From assembly GCF_006345805.1 (NCBI RefSeq), contig NC_043000.1, positions 69,130,001 through 69,194,000 of the forward strand: 64,000 nt of DNA. The letters run 5' to 3'. Below, in pieces: positions 1 through 13,439 of the stretch. The number at the start of each line of letters is the position of its first letter. Within the stretch, counting starts at the first letter, position 1. A model generated the notes under the pieces. It was not told the DNA's origin. It was given only the letters and a program-made list of their open reading frames with translations, and made no database searches. Source of the stretch: Octopus sinensis. Taxonomy: Eukaryota. Both the position numbers and the translations under genes were made by a program.

Positions 1-513
1 TGAGTTGCTTCATCTCACCAAGTTTCAAAACAAGTTTTGCAAACTTTGTGGGAAGCCCAAGTTTTGTCCTGGTCTCCAAGTGTTACTTTACTGTTGGTAT
101 GATACAACTCCTTGGCAAAGTTATTTATGTTGTGCCTTTGAGCCTGTAGAGTGAAGTTACCACAAACGTAACAAAAGTTATCGGGATCATTACAGTACAT
201 CCTTCTTGATGTATCCATGACTAGATCACAGTGGTTCAGTTCACACCTGAAAAGAAGAGGAAGGGTTTTAAAGTAAAACTCAGTTTGAACATATTCAAAA
301 TTAGCATGGCAATCCAGTCAAAATACCCGCAAATAGTGTTGTAAAGTTAACTTTTGGTATGCTCCAGGTAAATAAAGGTATATACCGATGGCACAAAAAT
401 GTGATGTGATAGAGAAAATCTGAGGTCAGTTTTGGAATCAGCACCAAAAAATTAGTCTAAAACAGCTTTAAGATTTTAAGCAAGAAAATAAAAGTTTATT
501 TTGTTGACCAGTG
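1..513 (-). mobile_element. End of a Chapaev3-like (CMC) DNA transposon with the transposase N-terminus; runs off the left edge
   Basis: ORF 218-15 has CNDPDNFCYVCG...GDQDKTW..H.VC..C, the Cys-rich N-terminus I recall for this family. The terminus reads CACTG on the minus strand at 513, next to TAA (TWA-type TSD). Family assignment is from memory. Confidence 0.6.
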
Positions 514-1564
514 TAATCAAAGAATGTTGTCTTTTTGTGAATATATCACTACATTATATCTTTTTTTCAAAAGACGGTTGAATGTCATATGAAGGAGAAT
601 TCACTGTTGTTTAAACATGTATCTATTCATTCATAGTGATAACCTAAGAAAACATTAAATCCAAGGATCATAGAGGTAATTTGTCTATGTCCAAAGTGAG
701 ACTGGAAGCAAAAAAACACTTAGTACTTCTATTGTAGAGCAATCTGAACTGAGGAGTTAGTCAAAGTCTTTTTACCGAGGCGTGAGAATTCCAACCAGCT
801 GATCATATTTGTATGACTAATCAGTATAATAGATATGTGACTGTTGTGAGATATTTTGGAGTGGAGTGAAACAATCTATATTTAAACTTTTGCAATTGTC
901 AAGGCTGATTTTAAGTAACTGATGTTTGCATTTTCTTTGACATCCATTTTTTTTCATGTTAGTAATGTAGATGTTTAGCATATTCAATATCTGAAAACAA
1001 ATTGTTGATTAACTACTTTAATGGCTTACTTTTCCAACATATCTTTCAACTACAAAATACCTTTCTGTTCCCTCTCTTTTTCTGGTTTACCGGTTGGATT
1101 TTAGCCGGATTCATATTGACTGATACCCCTTGTAACAAATGTACTTCTCTTTCAGCCCACCATAGACGAAAACGAAAGTGGAGATTCAAAATATTCCCAC
1201 TTTATAGTTGTACTGACACAGTACACTCTCTACAATTATAACAAAGTCCATTTTTTGCAACTGAAGCGCGAGGAGTGTTTTTGTGCATTCACAGCCTGCA
1301 AGCTTTTGCATCTCAAAGTTACAGCAGTGCCATCTAAGTTCTTCACTAAAAGAGTCTCAACTAAATTTGCACAATCTTCCTAACTTACAACCCACAATCA
1401 ATGTAACTCTATTAGCAAAACTACTTCTGCAGAAGTCGCCAAAGTTCCAACATGCTTTACCTTCTAACTCTATATTTTACTCAGTGAAACACCTCCTAGT
1501 CTATCCTTCTTCGTTTCACAACGTACCCTTAATCAAATTCAAAAACATTTCCTTGAAACCAAAA

Positions 1565-1737
1565 AGGTTAAGTCGATTACCTCAACCCCAGTGCTCAACT
1601 GGTACTTATTTTATCAACCCCGAAAGGATAAAAGGCAAAGTCGACCTCAGCAGAATTTGAACTCAGAACGTAAAGGCGGACGAAATGGTGATAAGCATTT
1701 TTCTCTGCATGCTAACGATTCTGCCAGTACGCCGGCC
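1565..1737 (-). mobile_element. tRNA-derived SINE family A copy
   Basis: Shares the core ATCGACCCCGAAAGGATGAAAGGCAAAGTCGACCTCGGCGGAATTTGAACTC (here with substitutions) with about 10 other copies. B-box GTTCAAATTC on the minus strand. Confidence 0.85.
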
Positions 1738-1759
1738 AACGTATCAGAATATTAATAGC

Positions 1760-2085
1760 AGCCTATTTTAGTAAAGCTCCCTTCTACGATCATTATATCA
1801 ATGCCGGAGGGAGAGAGAGGATCCCAGGATTTGGTTATGTCTTCCACACTCTTTGTTTTGTATATGAATGACTTTGTGGTATTACACAGACACTGCCATG
1901 CAGATGACACCATATTTTGCTCCCCATCCAATATAAACATCACATGGCAGATTTACACGGACTCCACGTATGCAAACCTGAGAGCATCTTATGGTGTGGA
2001 CATGATCACTTTGTTACACGTGACATCACAGAGTCTCAGTCACGTGCATACCATATCAACAGCTTTGGAACCTCATTCTCTTTAG
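1760..2085 (+). pseudogene. Degenerate LINE reverse transcriptase fragment (CR1/L2-like)
   Basis: GSQDLVMSSTLFVLYMNDF...HCHADDT resembles the RT motifs GVPQGSVLSPxLF..Y.ND and YADD. Confidence 0.55.
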
Positions 2086-2091
2086 TGCTAC

Positions 2092-2093
2092 TC

Positions 2094-2181
<88 letters not shown>

Positions 2182-2202
2182 GTCTGTCTATCTATCTATC
2201 TA

Positions 2203-2281
<79 letters not shown>
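2092..2281 (+). repeat. (TCTA)n/(TCTG)n microsatellite, 5' flank of Tx1 copy 1
   Basis: Seen directly. Confidence 0.98.
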
Positions 2282-2282
<1 letters not shown>

Positions 2283-5200
2283 GAAGACGACAAGAGAAGC
2301 ACACCAAGCTAATCCGTCATCAACCAAAAACCACTCAACACCTGAAAAAATACCAACACCACCAACAACAGCAAAACCCAAAGGAACAGAAAAACAAAGA
2401 AAACACACACAAACTGATCCCCCATCCCTTATACCGCACTCAACACACACAAACACTCAACAACCAACAACAACGAAAACAACAACACAACCACTTACAC
2501 AGACATACATAGAAGCCCACAACATACCCCTACCCCCTACTGATTCCTCAGAAATTTCGTCGGAAGACGAAACCAGTGAGGAATGGCAAATAGCTACAAA
2601 AAGAAGGAAAATAAAGAGCAGAAACACAACCAAACCAAATGCAAACACGAACAAAGCAGGGGGAAATACATCTCACGAAGACATTTCAAAACCCAACGCA
2701 AACAACAGCCACACCAACACCACAAAAATATATACAGCAAACATGCTCACAGCTATAGACACCAAAAACACAAATTTGATGGAATACATCCAATCAAAAA
2801 CAAACATAACAGAAGATGACATAAAAAACAACAATCACCCATACACAACACCACCAGACCACATCAAAATATTACACATCTCCAAAAGTCTGCACCACAC
2901 ACTCAAAGGCATTTTCCCCAGCGCGGTTGGTAAATGCCAAAAATATCTCACAAAGAAACTGTACGGGATCTCCTCGAGGACAAACCAAAGGAGGAGAAAG
3001 CAAAAACTTTCGAGCAGTAAGTAACCCTCTGTTCCTTTCACTTGTATTCTAATTCATTAGGACTATGATCAAGATTGGTTGTGTAAATGCGCGTTGCTTG
3101 GGGTCCCCTTGGAAACAAGGGTACCTCTTAAATGACATAAAGTCACATAAGTTAGAAATCATAGCCATAAGTGAGACCAGACTCCACAATCCGCGGGCCC
3201 TAAAGACCATGTTTGGCGGACAGTTCAACATTTATTTTTCCCCCTGTCTGCCGAGAATGGGCGGTAGTGGCACCGCGGTACTTTTTCACAAGAGTCTGGA
3301 TCTCAAAGTAAGGACAATATTCGTAGACCCGGAGGGTAGACTGGTCGTCTGGATGTCGACGGCAGCAATGGGTGCGCTTTTCGACTCGTATCAGTCTACG
3401 CACCGCCCTTAACAGGTCGGGCGGATTTCTTTCAACGTCTAGAAGTATTCTTGGGAAAGTCTCGTCCTTTACTCTTAGTGGGGGATTGGAATGCTACCTT
3501 GGACACGCATGTAGACTACGTGGGTAGAGATAGGAATAGACGGGGATGCAAATGCCTCAGAGACCTGCTCAGACGCTTTCAACTGTCTGACAGGTTCCGA
3601 CTAGACCACCCGAATGCGCCAACGTGGACATGGAGCAACCGCATCGGGTCGTCGAGATCGTATCTAGATAGGATACTGTGTAGGACAGTAGACAGAGATA
3701 GCATAGGATGTCCACAATTCCACATAGTCAGCTACACGGATCACAAACTTGTGACATGTACGCTAGACTTAGGTAAGACACTTAGGCAGGGTCCCGGATA
3801 CTGGAAACTAAACGCGTCTTTCCCATCGAGACAGGTTTTCAGAGACCGGATTAGCGCACTAGTAAAAAGGGCTTTGACGGGAGCCATCATCAACAACAAA
3901 TGGTGGTTTGCCCTCAAGAGAGCAGTAAAAGCAGAAGCGATTAGGTACAGCAAAGCACTAGCCATAGATAGAAACAGAGTAGAGGGTGAGCTAGTTAAGA
4001 AGCTAGAAGAGGCAATTAGAAGCGGCATCGCATCCGACGTTTTGGCGGCGAGGTTGGCCCTCGACCAACACTTCAACGCCAAACACGAAGGATGTGCTGT
4101 CAGAGCTAGGATGCGTGCTCTAAGGAACGAAGGTGTTGGAGCCGCGAGAGAGGCCCGGGTGGCAGAGGCGCAACAGGGCAACAAAGCCACCATTCGGTCC
4201 CTGGTAGATGAACAGGGGCGCGAATTGCTCGAGCCAAGTAAAATGTGTGAGGCCTTTCAGCAGCATTTTGCCCGACTGTTCGGAACGAGTGGAGGGCAAG
4301 AACGTAGGGTGGACTTCAGTGCCTACCTACATAGCCTACCACGACTCTCGACAAGAAAGGCAGGGTGCTGCGAAGGTGCCATCACGGCGGCGGAAGTGCA
4401 GGAAGCCATGGCAGAATGCTCGGGGACAAATCACCGGGTTTGGATGGTCTACCCTACGAGCTTTACAATTGTATGCCAGACTTGTTTGGAGATCTCTTGG
4501 CGGCGGTGTACTGCAACTGGCAGCAAAACGGAGCATTCCTGGTTTTGTGAGCCGAGGAGCCGTAACACTGCTGAAGAAAGATCTAAGCAAGGGAAATGTA
4601 ATAGATAACTTTAGGCCCATCACTCTGCTTAATGCAGACTTGAACATTTTGGCCAAGGTGCTAGCCAAGAGGTTGGCGCTTGTCATCGAGAAACTGGTCG
4701 ACAGGGCGCAAACATGCGCCGTGCCAGGCCGGACCATCCATGACAACCTCCACCTGATGCGCTACATCATAGACAGGGTAGTTAACGAACCTGGCATGGG
4801 TGGGGCGCTGATCAATTTGGATCAATCGAAAGCTTTCGATAGGGTGGACCATCGATACTTGGAGGCGGTCCTCGGAGCGGCTGGCTTCGGTCCCGTCTTC
4901 CGCGGCTGGATAGCCGCTTTGTACAGAGGCATCCATTCGGTAATTCGCGTGAATGGACATCTATCGAGACCCTTCGACATCGCACGTTCGGTCCGTCAGG
5001 GATGCCCTCTCTCGTCGCTTCTATACGTATTGACTCTCGAGCCATTATTGCGGAAGCTGGCAACCTTGAGAGGCATCCCGCGAGAACTGGGATGCGGGAC
5101 GAGCGTGTCTGCATAAGCGGACGACGTCACCGTCATAGTGTCTAGCCACGAGCACATCGAGCAGGTCGGCGAGACACTGAAAAACTACGAAGCGGTGACA

Positions 5201-6877
5201 GGAGCGAAAATCAACCGGGAAAAGTCAGTGGGCTTGCGACTAGGCACCTGGAGAAGCAAGCCCATGCCGTCCACCAGCGCCTCCGTCGTGGGACGCTGGA
5301 CCGACGGCCCGGTTGAGTTGCTCGGGGTCTGGTTTGGTCCGGACCTCCAAGTGGAGAAGAACTGGAACGAGATAACGAGTAGGGTGGTCACTCTCGCCCG
5401 GCAATGGGCCGAGAGGAAACTGTCCCTAAAAGGTCGGGCGGAGGTGGCGAACACGTACATCGCGTCCGTCATCTACTACCGCCTGACCGTCGTACCTTGT
5501 CCCGACCCTACCATCACCAAACTACAACGCATTCTCTTTCGCTTCTTGTGGAAAGGATGCGTCCCGATGGTCAGGCGATCCATTTGCTGTCAACACCCGT
5601 TAAAAGGAGGGCTGGGCATGCCGTGGTTGATGATGCGCAGACACGCGCTGAGACTGCGACATCTCTGGCTCTATGTAGACGACGGTGAACAGGTGTGGTC
5701 GCCGTTTGTGAGGCACGCTTTCCCGCAGCTCGTCTCCATGACCGAACTGCAGTCGTGGATCAAAAAGAGGCCGAAGAAGGGCGAATGGCACCGCGAGTGT
5801 CGCGTTGCTCTCAAGCAACTCTGCCGTCCTGGGTCGACCTTGAGTGACTTCAACACAACCAAAGCATTCTATAGGGGTTTAGTGGAGGGGAGGTACGACG
5901 ACGAGCTCGGGGCGAACTGGACGTCGACGAGGAGTACCTGACCCGCCTGTTCAGGACGACTTTCGGGCCAGGGCCCATGGACAACTTCCAGAGATCCCTG
6001 GCCTGGCAGTGCTACCGAGAAGCGCTACACGTTCGGGATAAGCTCTACAGACACGGCTCGAGAAACACGGGGCCGACCTGCCCGAGATGCGGTCAGAGCG
6101 ACGAAACCGTTCTGCACGCACTCGTGCAGTGTCCAACAATTTCCGACCTGTGGGCTTGTGTCGAACAACTGCTGTCACGTGTGGGACGAGTCGGTTTATC
6201 AGCTGAGTCTATCGTTAATATTGTCACGCCTCCCTCCTTCAAACGGGAAGGAAGAGCTATTTTCATCATCCTTGTGGCTATGGCGAAAGAATGTATCTGG
6301 TGGACGCGTCTGAAAGGATTGGAGACAAACACTTTCCTCTCTGGTCAATCTCTCATCAACTTCTTCAAGTACCACTTGAAAAGGAAAGTGAGAGTAGAGA
6401 GGCAAGTTTTGTCTAGTGAATGTTTTAAAAAAAGATGGGTGAATGTAGCAAGAATGGCACGTATGAATGACGAAGCCACCTTGAGCATGATCCTATGAAC
6501 CCAGAAATTGAAAACAGAGAGTTGCTTATTTGCAAAAAAAAAAAAAAAGAAATATAACATGTGACTCCATTGACCGAGGTTACCGTGGTCTTTTCCGTAG
6601 GCTTTTCTTTCCATGGGTAAACCTCACCTGTCCTCCCCTTTACACTTCATATTGACATTTCTGTGATAACGATCCCTATTGATCAATTTTTTTTTCCTCT
6701 CCCCCCCTTTTTTTTAACCCCCCCTTTTTTTGTCCTCTTTCTCTCCTTTTACGATCCCTTTTGATCGAAACTCCCCCTTCCTTTTTTTTTTTTTTTTTAA
6801 ACCTTCAAAAGAAAAGCTCTACCTTGTAATTTGTTCTATCTGTGTGCAGCCCTGTGTGGCTAATAAAGAAACATCTA
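2281..6877 (+). mobile_element. Tx1/L1-clade LINE copy 1: 5'-truncated in ORF1, full ORF2 with 4 lesions, pyrimidine-rich 3' UTR, AATAAA at 6862
   Basis: ORF1 C-terminus ends at 3024. ORF2 spans 3065-6498 in pieces: APE endonuclease (GCVNAR, GDWNA, SYLDRI, TDHKLV, YWKLN), RT (NFRPITLLNAD, LDQSKAFDRVDH, RQGCPLS, A*ADD) and a C-terminal CPRC..ETVLHALVQC zinc finger. Confidence 0.95.
3065..6498 (+). pseudogene. Tx1 ORF2 (APE endonuclease + RT + zinc finger), disrupted
   Basis: Frameshifts near 3345, 4425 and 5920. Nonsense TAA at 5114-5116 replaces the Tyr of YADD. Confidence 0.92.
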
Positions 6878-6900
6878 TCTTTGTGAGATATTTTTGGCAT

Positions 6901-7215
<315 letters not shown>

Positions 7216-7424
7216 ATTCTGTCTGCCTGTCTGTCTTGATTGCGTGTTTCTGACTGTCTGACGGTCTGTCTGTCTTTTTCTCTCGCTATATATGTATTCG
7301 CACACATATTTGCTTGGCAGCCGGTCTGAATAATCATTTAAAGATGTTTTTGTTAAATGTTGTTATTGATTTTGTTAAATAAAATTTATTGAAAAAAAAA
7401 AACCGCAATAATTGTGCACAAACC

Positions 7425-7945
<521 letters not shown>

Positions 7946-8094
7946 TATTTCAGTATATTTGCAAGTAATACCGAGAAAAATATTATCCACACAACCGTAA
8001 AAATTTCTCACGTCACAGAAACCTGAAAAAACCCCAAAACAAACAAAAAAAAATCAACTTTAGCTATGTATATGCATCATAGTAAAATATAACA

Positions 8095-8375
8095 GGTCCT
8101 TCGTCGGTAACTACAATGAATTGATCCGATCAACGCAACAGCTTGCACATGAAATCAACGTGCAAGTGGCTGAGCACTCCACAGACACGCATTCCCTTAA
8201 TCTAGTCCTCAGGGAGATCCAGCGTGACATAGAATGGGTCAAGATTGTCCACTTTTGAAATGCAGGTACAACTCATTTCTACCAACTGAGTGGACTGGAG
8301 CAACGTGAAGCAATGTGAAATAAAGTGGTTTGTTCAAGAACGCCGGGAATCAAACTCTAAGTCACGCGCCTTCAC
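8095..8375 (-). mobile_element. tRNA-derived SINE family C copy
   Basis: GTGGCTGAGCACTCCACAGACA...CTCAGGGAGAT-CAGC...CTGAGTGGACTGGAGCAACGTGAA...GGGAATCAAACT (B-box on minus strand). A partial second copy lies at about 52175-52300. Confidence 0.7.
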
Positions 8376-8601
8376 TACAGGAGTATAAAGCAATGTGATG
8401 GAGTTTGATGGACATATTTCAAAGGTGTATTTGAGGAACTGTTTAGAGAAAACTATGGTATTGAATGGGTTGTGTTTATGTATATATTTACAGTGGAGTT
8501 TTATGAAGTGAGGAGCATTGAACGCGCGTTTAAAAATACCTTTCATGATGATGTTTCTTTACATTATTTGTGGGGTAGTATATATACGTATATTATATAT
8601 A

Positions 8602-8651
<50 letters not shown>

Positions 8652-8789
8652 ATATATATATATATATGTATGTATGTATTTATGTATGTATGTATGTATG
8701 TATGTATGTATGTATGTATGTATGTATGTATGTATGTGTGTGTGTGTATGTCCGAATGTATATATATATACATATACATATATTTTAGT

Positions 8790-9820
8790 GTTCCTTGTAA
8801 AATCTTCGAACCCCTCGTCATACTTGGCCTTATTATTGCAGGAATAACTGTTGGTGTGTTTCTGAACTGTACCTCACACACAACAATCCATGAGATTACA
8901 TTCGAGGGAATTAGGAGGCCAGAATTAGGGCTGGTGAAGGCGTTGAAATTCCCTGACAACACTTGTGACTTCTTCCAGAGGTATGGCAAGGAATCGAATC
9001 CAGCTGCTACACATGGCCGTCCATCAGCAACCCTCTCTAGTTAGGGATTGACCACAGTTTCCAGCAGCTTCACACAACCATTTCTACTGAGCCAAAGGTC
9101 CTGTTAAAAGGCGCACCTTAAGACCATCACGTGGTGGAACTTGGTTTTCATGATGTGGGACATCCTGTGGGTTGGAGACAATCCACCTGTTGTTCAGGGT
9201 GTGGTGCAGCTGGTCCTGGCGTAAGTTCTTTTCGTCTGAGAAGAACCAGATCACCCCCCACAACTCAACAAGATACCTCAGCTTGTTCAAGAGTTTCTTT
9301 GCCCTCATCAAGCAGTACTTAGCTTTGACTATCAGAATGTATCCCTTACGCGTCTTGTACGAGTTGTAGTGAAGGTCCTCATGGTGGCGACTCCAACAGC
9401 TGCCTCTTTCATCAAAGCTCGGATTCCCTGACTCGGATCTTCCATAACCCTTTCCTGTAGTTATTGGATGAATTCCGGTGTACGGACGCAGTTAGAACGC
9501 ATATTGCGTCCCTTCTTGCTGGATGCAACTTCGTATCCTCTGTTGTAGCTGTCCATGGCACGTCTTATAGCCTTTACAGAGTTCACAGAGCATTGAATAG
9601 TAGTTATGATGTCAACATCTTAATAATCAGCGTGAATCATCACAATGTAGGTAACTATTTTCCAAAATTCAGATGGCTTCTTGTCCTCTAATTCAGCTAA
9701 TTTCTTCTCAATTACAATTGTAATCGTTATTCTCTCCAACGCCGTTGACTGTTCATCGATACATCAAAATGCTCCTGAAAAGAAGAGACGTAAATCTCAT
9801 CAAATTTAGCTCGAACACTG
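8790..9820 (-). mobile_element. Degenerate Tc1/mariner transposon (maT/DD37D-like)
   Basis: WFFSDEKN..QDQ.H.T.NNRW and RVADGRP..QLDS.PCHTSG match my recollection of maT-type transposases. Probable TIR end CAGTGTTCGAGCTAAA on the minus strand at 9820. Confidence 0.75.
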
Positions 9821-9984
9821 TCTATTATATGTACATATAGGAAGGTGTTTCTCTTTGATTCAATGTTTACAAGAAGTAATTGACCACAAGAATCAAGTTA
9901 TGAATAAAGTAACTGCTATGATTTTCAATACAAAGTGATATTAAGTATTGTAAGCAGCAATATGAGATATAAAAGAGTTTCATA

Positions 9985-10228
9985 CTCTTTTACTATTTCT
10001 ACTCTTTTACTTGTTTCAGTCATTTGACTGCGGCAATGCTGCAGCACCGCCTTTATTCGAGCAAATCGACCCCAGGACTTATTCTTTGTAAGCCCAGTAC
10101 TTATTTTATCGGTCTCTTTTGCCGAACCGCTAAGTTACGGGGACGTAAACACACCAGCATCGATTTTCAAGCGATGTTGGGGGACAAACATAGACACACA
10201 AACATATACACACGCATACATACATACA

Positions 10229-10288
<60 letters not shown>

Positions 10289-10452
10289 CACACATACATA
10301 CATACATATATACGACGGGCTTCTTTCAGTTTCTGTCTACCAAATCCACTCACAAGGCTTTGGTCGGCCCGAGATTATAGTAGAAGACACTTGCCCAAGG
10401 TGCCGCGCAGTGGGACTGAACCCGGAACCATGTTGTTGGGAATCAAGCCATT
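9985..10452 (-). mobile_element. SINE family B (tRNA head + CCTTGGGCAAGT core + internal microsatellite + tail ending AAGTAAAAGA)
   Basis: Highly similar to 34850-35345 and 45800-46165. Head contains GGTTCAGTCCCA (B-box-like). Confidence 0.9.
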
Positions 10453-10621
10453 TACCACACAGCCATTCCTGCTTTCTTTCTTTCTGAAATTAGTTCTTAT
10501 AATATGTACACCACACACACACACACACACACACCACACACACACACGCACACACACACACAAATACACACACACACTCACTCACACGCACCCACATCCA
10601 AGCACCCACCCAATACACACA

Positions 10622-10660
<39 letters not shown>

Positions 10661-11109
10661 ACATATATATACATATATATATATGTATGTATATATATGG
10701 GCATATAAGGACCAATTTGAATCTCTTTTTATGTCTGAAATTGTTTATTATATCTAATATCGCTTTACATAGAAAATCGTACCAATTATTTCGTTCATAA
10801 TTTGAATCTTTGTGCTTATTTATTTCTCCTTAAAACGGCTGACAGAAAGTGTTAAGACGTGTATTAACAAGAAACAAAAACATTTTCGTTACGAATTCTC
10901 CCACCACCAGTCGAATAAATAACCGGAAAGAAATACAAAAAAAGATGAAAAAGAAGTGAGACATAGAATTAAGAGAGTCTGAGAGATAGATAGGTAGATA
11001 GATAGAAGGAAAGTGGGTGAGGGAGAGAGGGAGAGAGAGAGATGGGGAGAGGGAGAGAGATTACAAATTTTGAAGGGGTGAAAATAGAAATAGAGAGAAA
11101 CGCATAGCT

Positions 11110-12150
11110 GAACCATGTGTCCAATATTTGGAAGGTTTTTATATGCTATAATTCAGATAAGGTTATAATACAATTCTTTATATTTATGCTAGTTCACATT
11201 CTCGTTGTGACATCCAGAAAGACTAGAACTAAGAGCCATATCTAAATATTTCAGTTAGATGGTAAACAAACTGGACAGAAATACTTGTCGGAGAAATTTA
11301 CGAGTAGTCATTAGAAATGTGTGGTTTTACTAGAATATGCATCACAATGTAGCACGATGAAAGTTGCACATATGGCAGCCATTTTCCTATATCAAGATAA
11401 GATATAATTGAAATATAGCTAAAATACCACTCAATAACAGAAGCCCAGCAACTTATGTTAAGATATGACACCAAATGAGGATTCTATAAAGTCAAGTGTT
11501 CTGCCAGAATGTGAAATATGTTATGTGGTTTTAGGTAGGATAGCAAAGAAACTGTATCCTATGATGTGCTTTAGTATTTCTTGATACTTTACACTTTGAA
11601 GTGAAACCACACGGCCATACAACTGGATCAATTTATTATTGCACTTGTTTTTGATTAGCGTTAAAAGATTGATATTCTATCAAGTCTACCATATGAGGAT
11701 CTTTACCATAAAAATAGTTTCAGCATTCACGAATTTTTAAAATTGTGTATTCAAGGATACAGCGTACATTTTTATTTTTTATTTTTATAAAATCCAAATC
11801 CTGACTCGAGAAACTGAGGTTTATGACTGACTTTTCTCAAAAGATGTTAGATAGGAGGTGAAATGCAATGAAAGATTTACGTCTATATGTCTACACAAAG
11901 AAGGCTAAATGTCTGCTAAACTCCGTAAAAATATCCTTATTTTTAACACAGTCACCATCAGGAACCCAACCGCCCCCCACCAAAAAAACATGTAAAAAGA
12001 ATTACTGGCAGCATTGAAATAAAATAAGACTATTAGAATGTGTGACACAACATAGTACAAATTCATGTGTGCATGTAACATGCATCGTCATACTTCTATC
12101 CATATTATTAAAATATGACTCAAACACTAATTAACTGAGAAAACTAAGCA
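11110..12150 (+). pseudogene. Possible hAT (Buster/Charlie-like) transposase remnant
   Basis: Fragmentary translations YVVLGRIAKK, GHTTGS and LEKLRFMTDF resemble Buster-type motifs; heavily decayed. Confidence 0.35.
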
Positions 12151-13242
12151 ATCCGTGTTCAAATATTAGAATGATGTGAAGTGAAGCAATCCATGAAAAG
12201 ATTAAGTATCAAATACTGTGATTTTGTGTATGACAACAATGTAAAATATGTTTAAGAATATTGTACTTAGTATTCGGTGGTATTATATTCTTTGAAATAT
12301 ACCCATGCGATCGTATTACTTCATCAATTCAGTACTACAATTGATTTTGGTCAACCATGAAAATGATTCGTATAGGATCCTACCTATGTCTCAACATTCT
12401 CCATTTTGTTTTTATCTTATACTCAAGAAACAGCAAATTCTTTCCAAGATTTATGCACGTATTTTTCTGTGACTTTAAAGTCAAACTGGAAATAAACCAG
12501 CCTCAAACCCTACTGAATTTCATAAATACACGAGAAATGATCAATCTGTTGAAGCTGTAACAATTGAATCTAATTATTTTGTAGTGTTTTAGTTTTACTG
12601 GATGTCACAACCGAAATATGATACGATTTGAGGGGATGGGACTAAGCTATCTAATAGAGTGGGTAAAAAAGTAAAAGAGAATCAAGAGAATCAGATAAAA
12701 GAAAAATGTCACAATAAACGTATGATAATGATGATCGTGTTACAGGTCCCACACCTTTGCGTTTGACATACATAAACCTATGCGCGAAAAAAATCACCAC
12801 ACGATCCGGCTTGAGTGTACATACATACATACATTCATACATACATACATACATACATACATACATACATACATACATACATACATACATACATAAACGC
12901 GACACACCTTTAAATAAAGCTGGAATTATTTTTATCAGACACTATATATATATATCTTGGTGAATAGGGTAATTATTCTTATTAAACGCATTCCATATTA
13001 GTGAGCAAATCCTTTTAGATATTTTACACTAATTTTAGAAGGATTGATAGTATGGATAATTGCCTTATGAGATAAATAAAATAAATGCAAGTGCAATATA
13101 TAGGACTAAATGTAAATATTTAAAATTATATAGAAATAGGAAGCGCTTACGCAAACTTAAATGACCATGTATAGACAGTGTCAGATACTCATATGTGTAC
13201 ATGTATATAATATAATATAATATAATATAATATAATATATAT

Positions 13243-13328
<86 letters not shown>

Positions 13329-13329
13329 A

Positions 13330-13361
<32 letters not shown>

Positions 13362-13439
13362 GGATATAGATAGATAGATAGATAGATATATAAAATTTTC
13401 GGCATCGTTCTAATCTCTTCCTTAAAACTTTAAATAACT

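Noticed and set aside
3017-3060. Tiny intron fusing Tx1 ORF1 to ORF2 (44 nt here, 34 nt in copy 3)
   Set aside because: Splicing to the AG before the ORF2 ATG is out of frame in copies 1 and 3, copy 2 has no AG there, and the lengths are very short for metazoan introns.
3741-5862. Minus-strand ORFs overlapping Tx1 ORF2
   Set aside because: Antisense shadows of GC-rich LINE coding sequence; the same applies to the ORFs antisense to the Dong copies.
6685-6800. Intrinsic terminator-like T runs
   Set aside because: Eukaryotic LINE 3' UTR pyrimidine tract; bacterial terminator logic does not apply.
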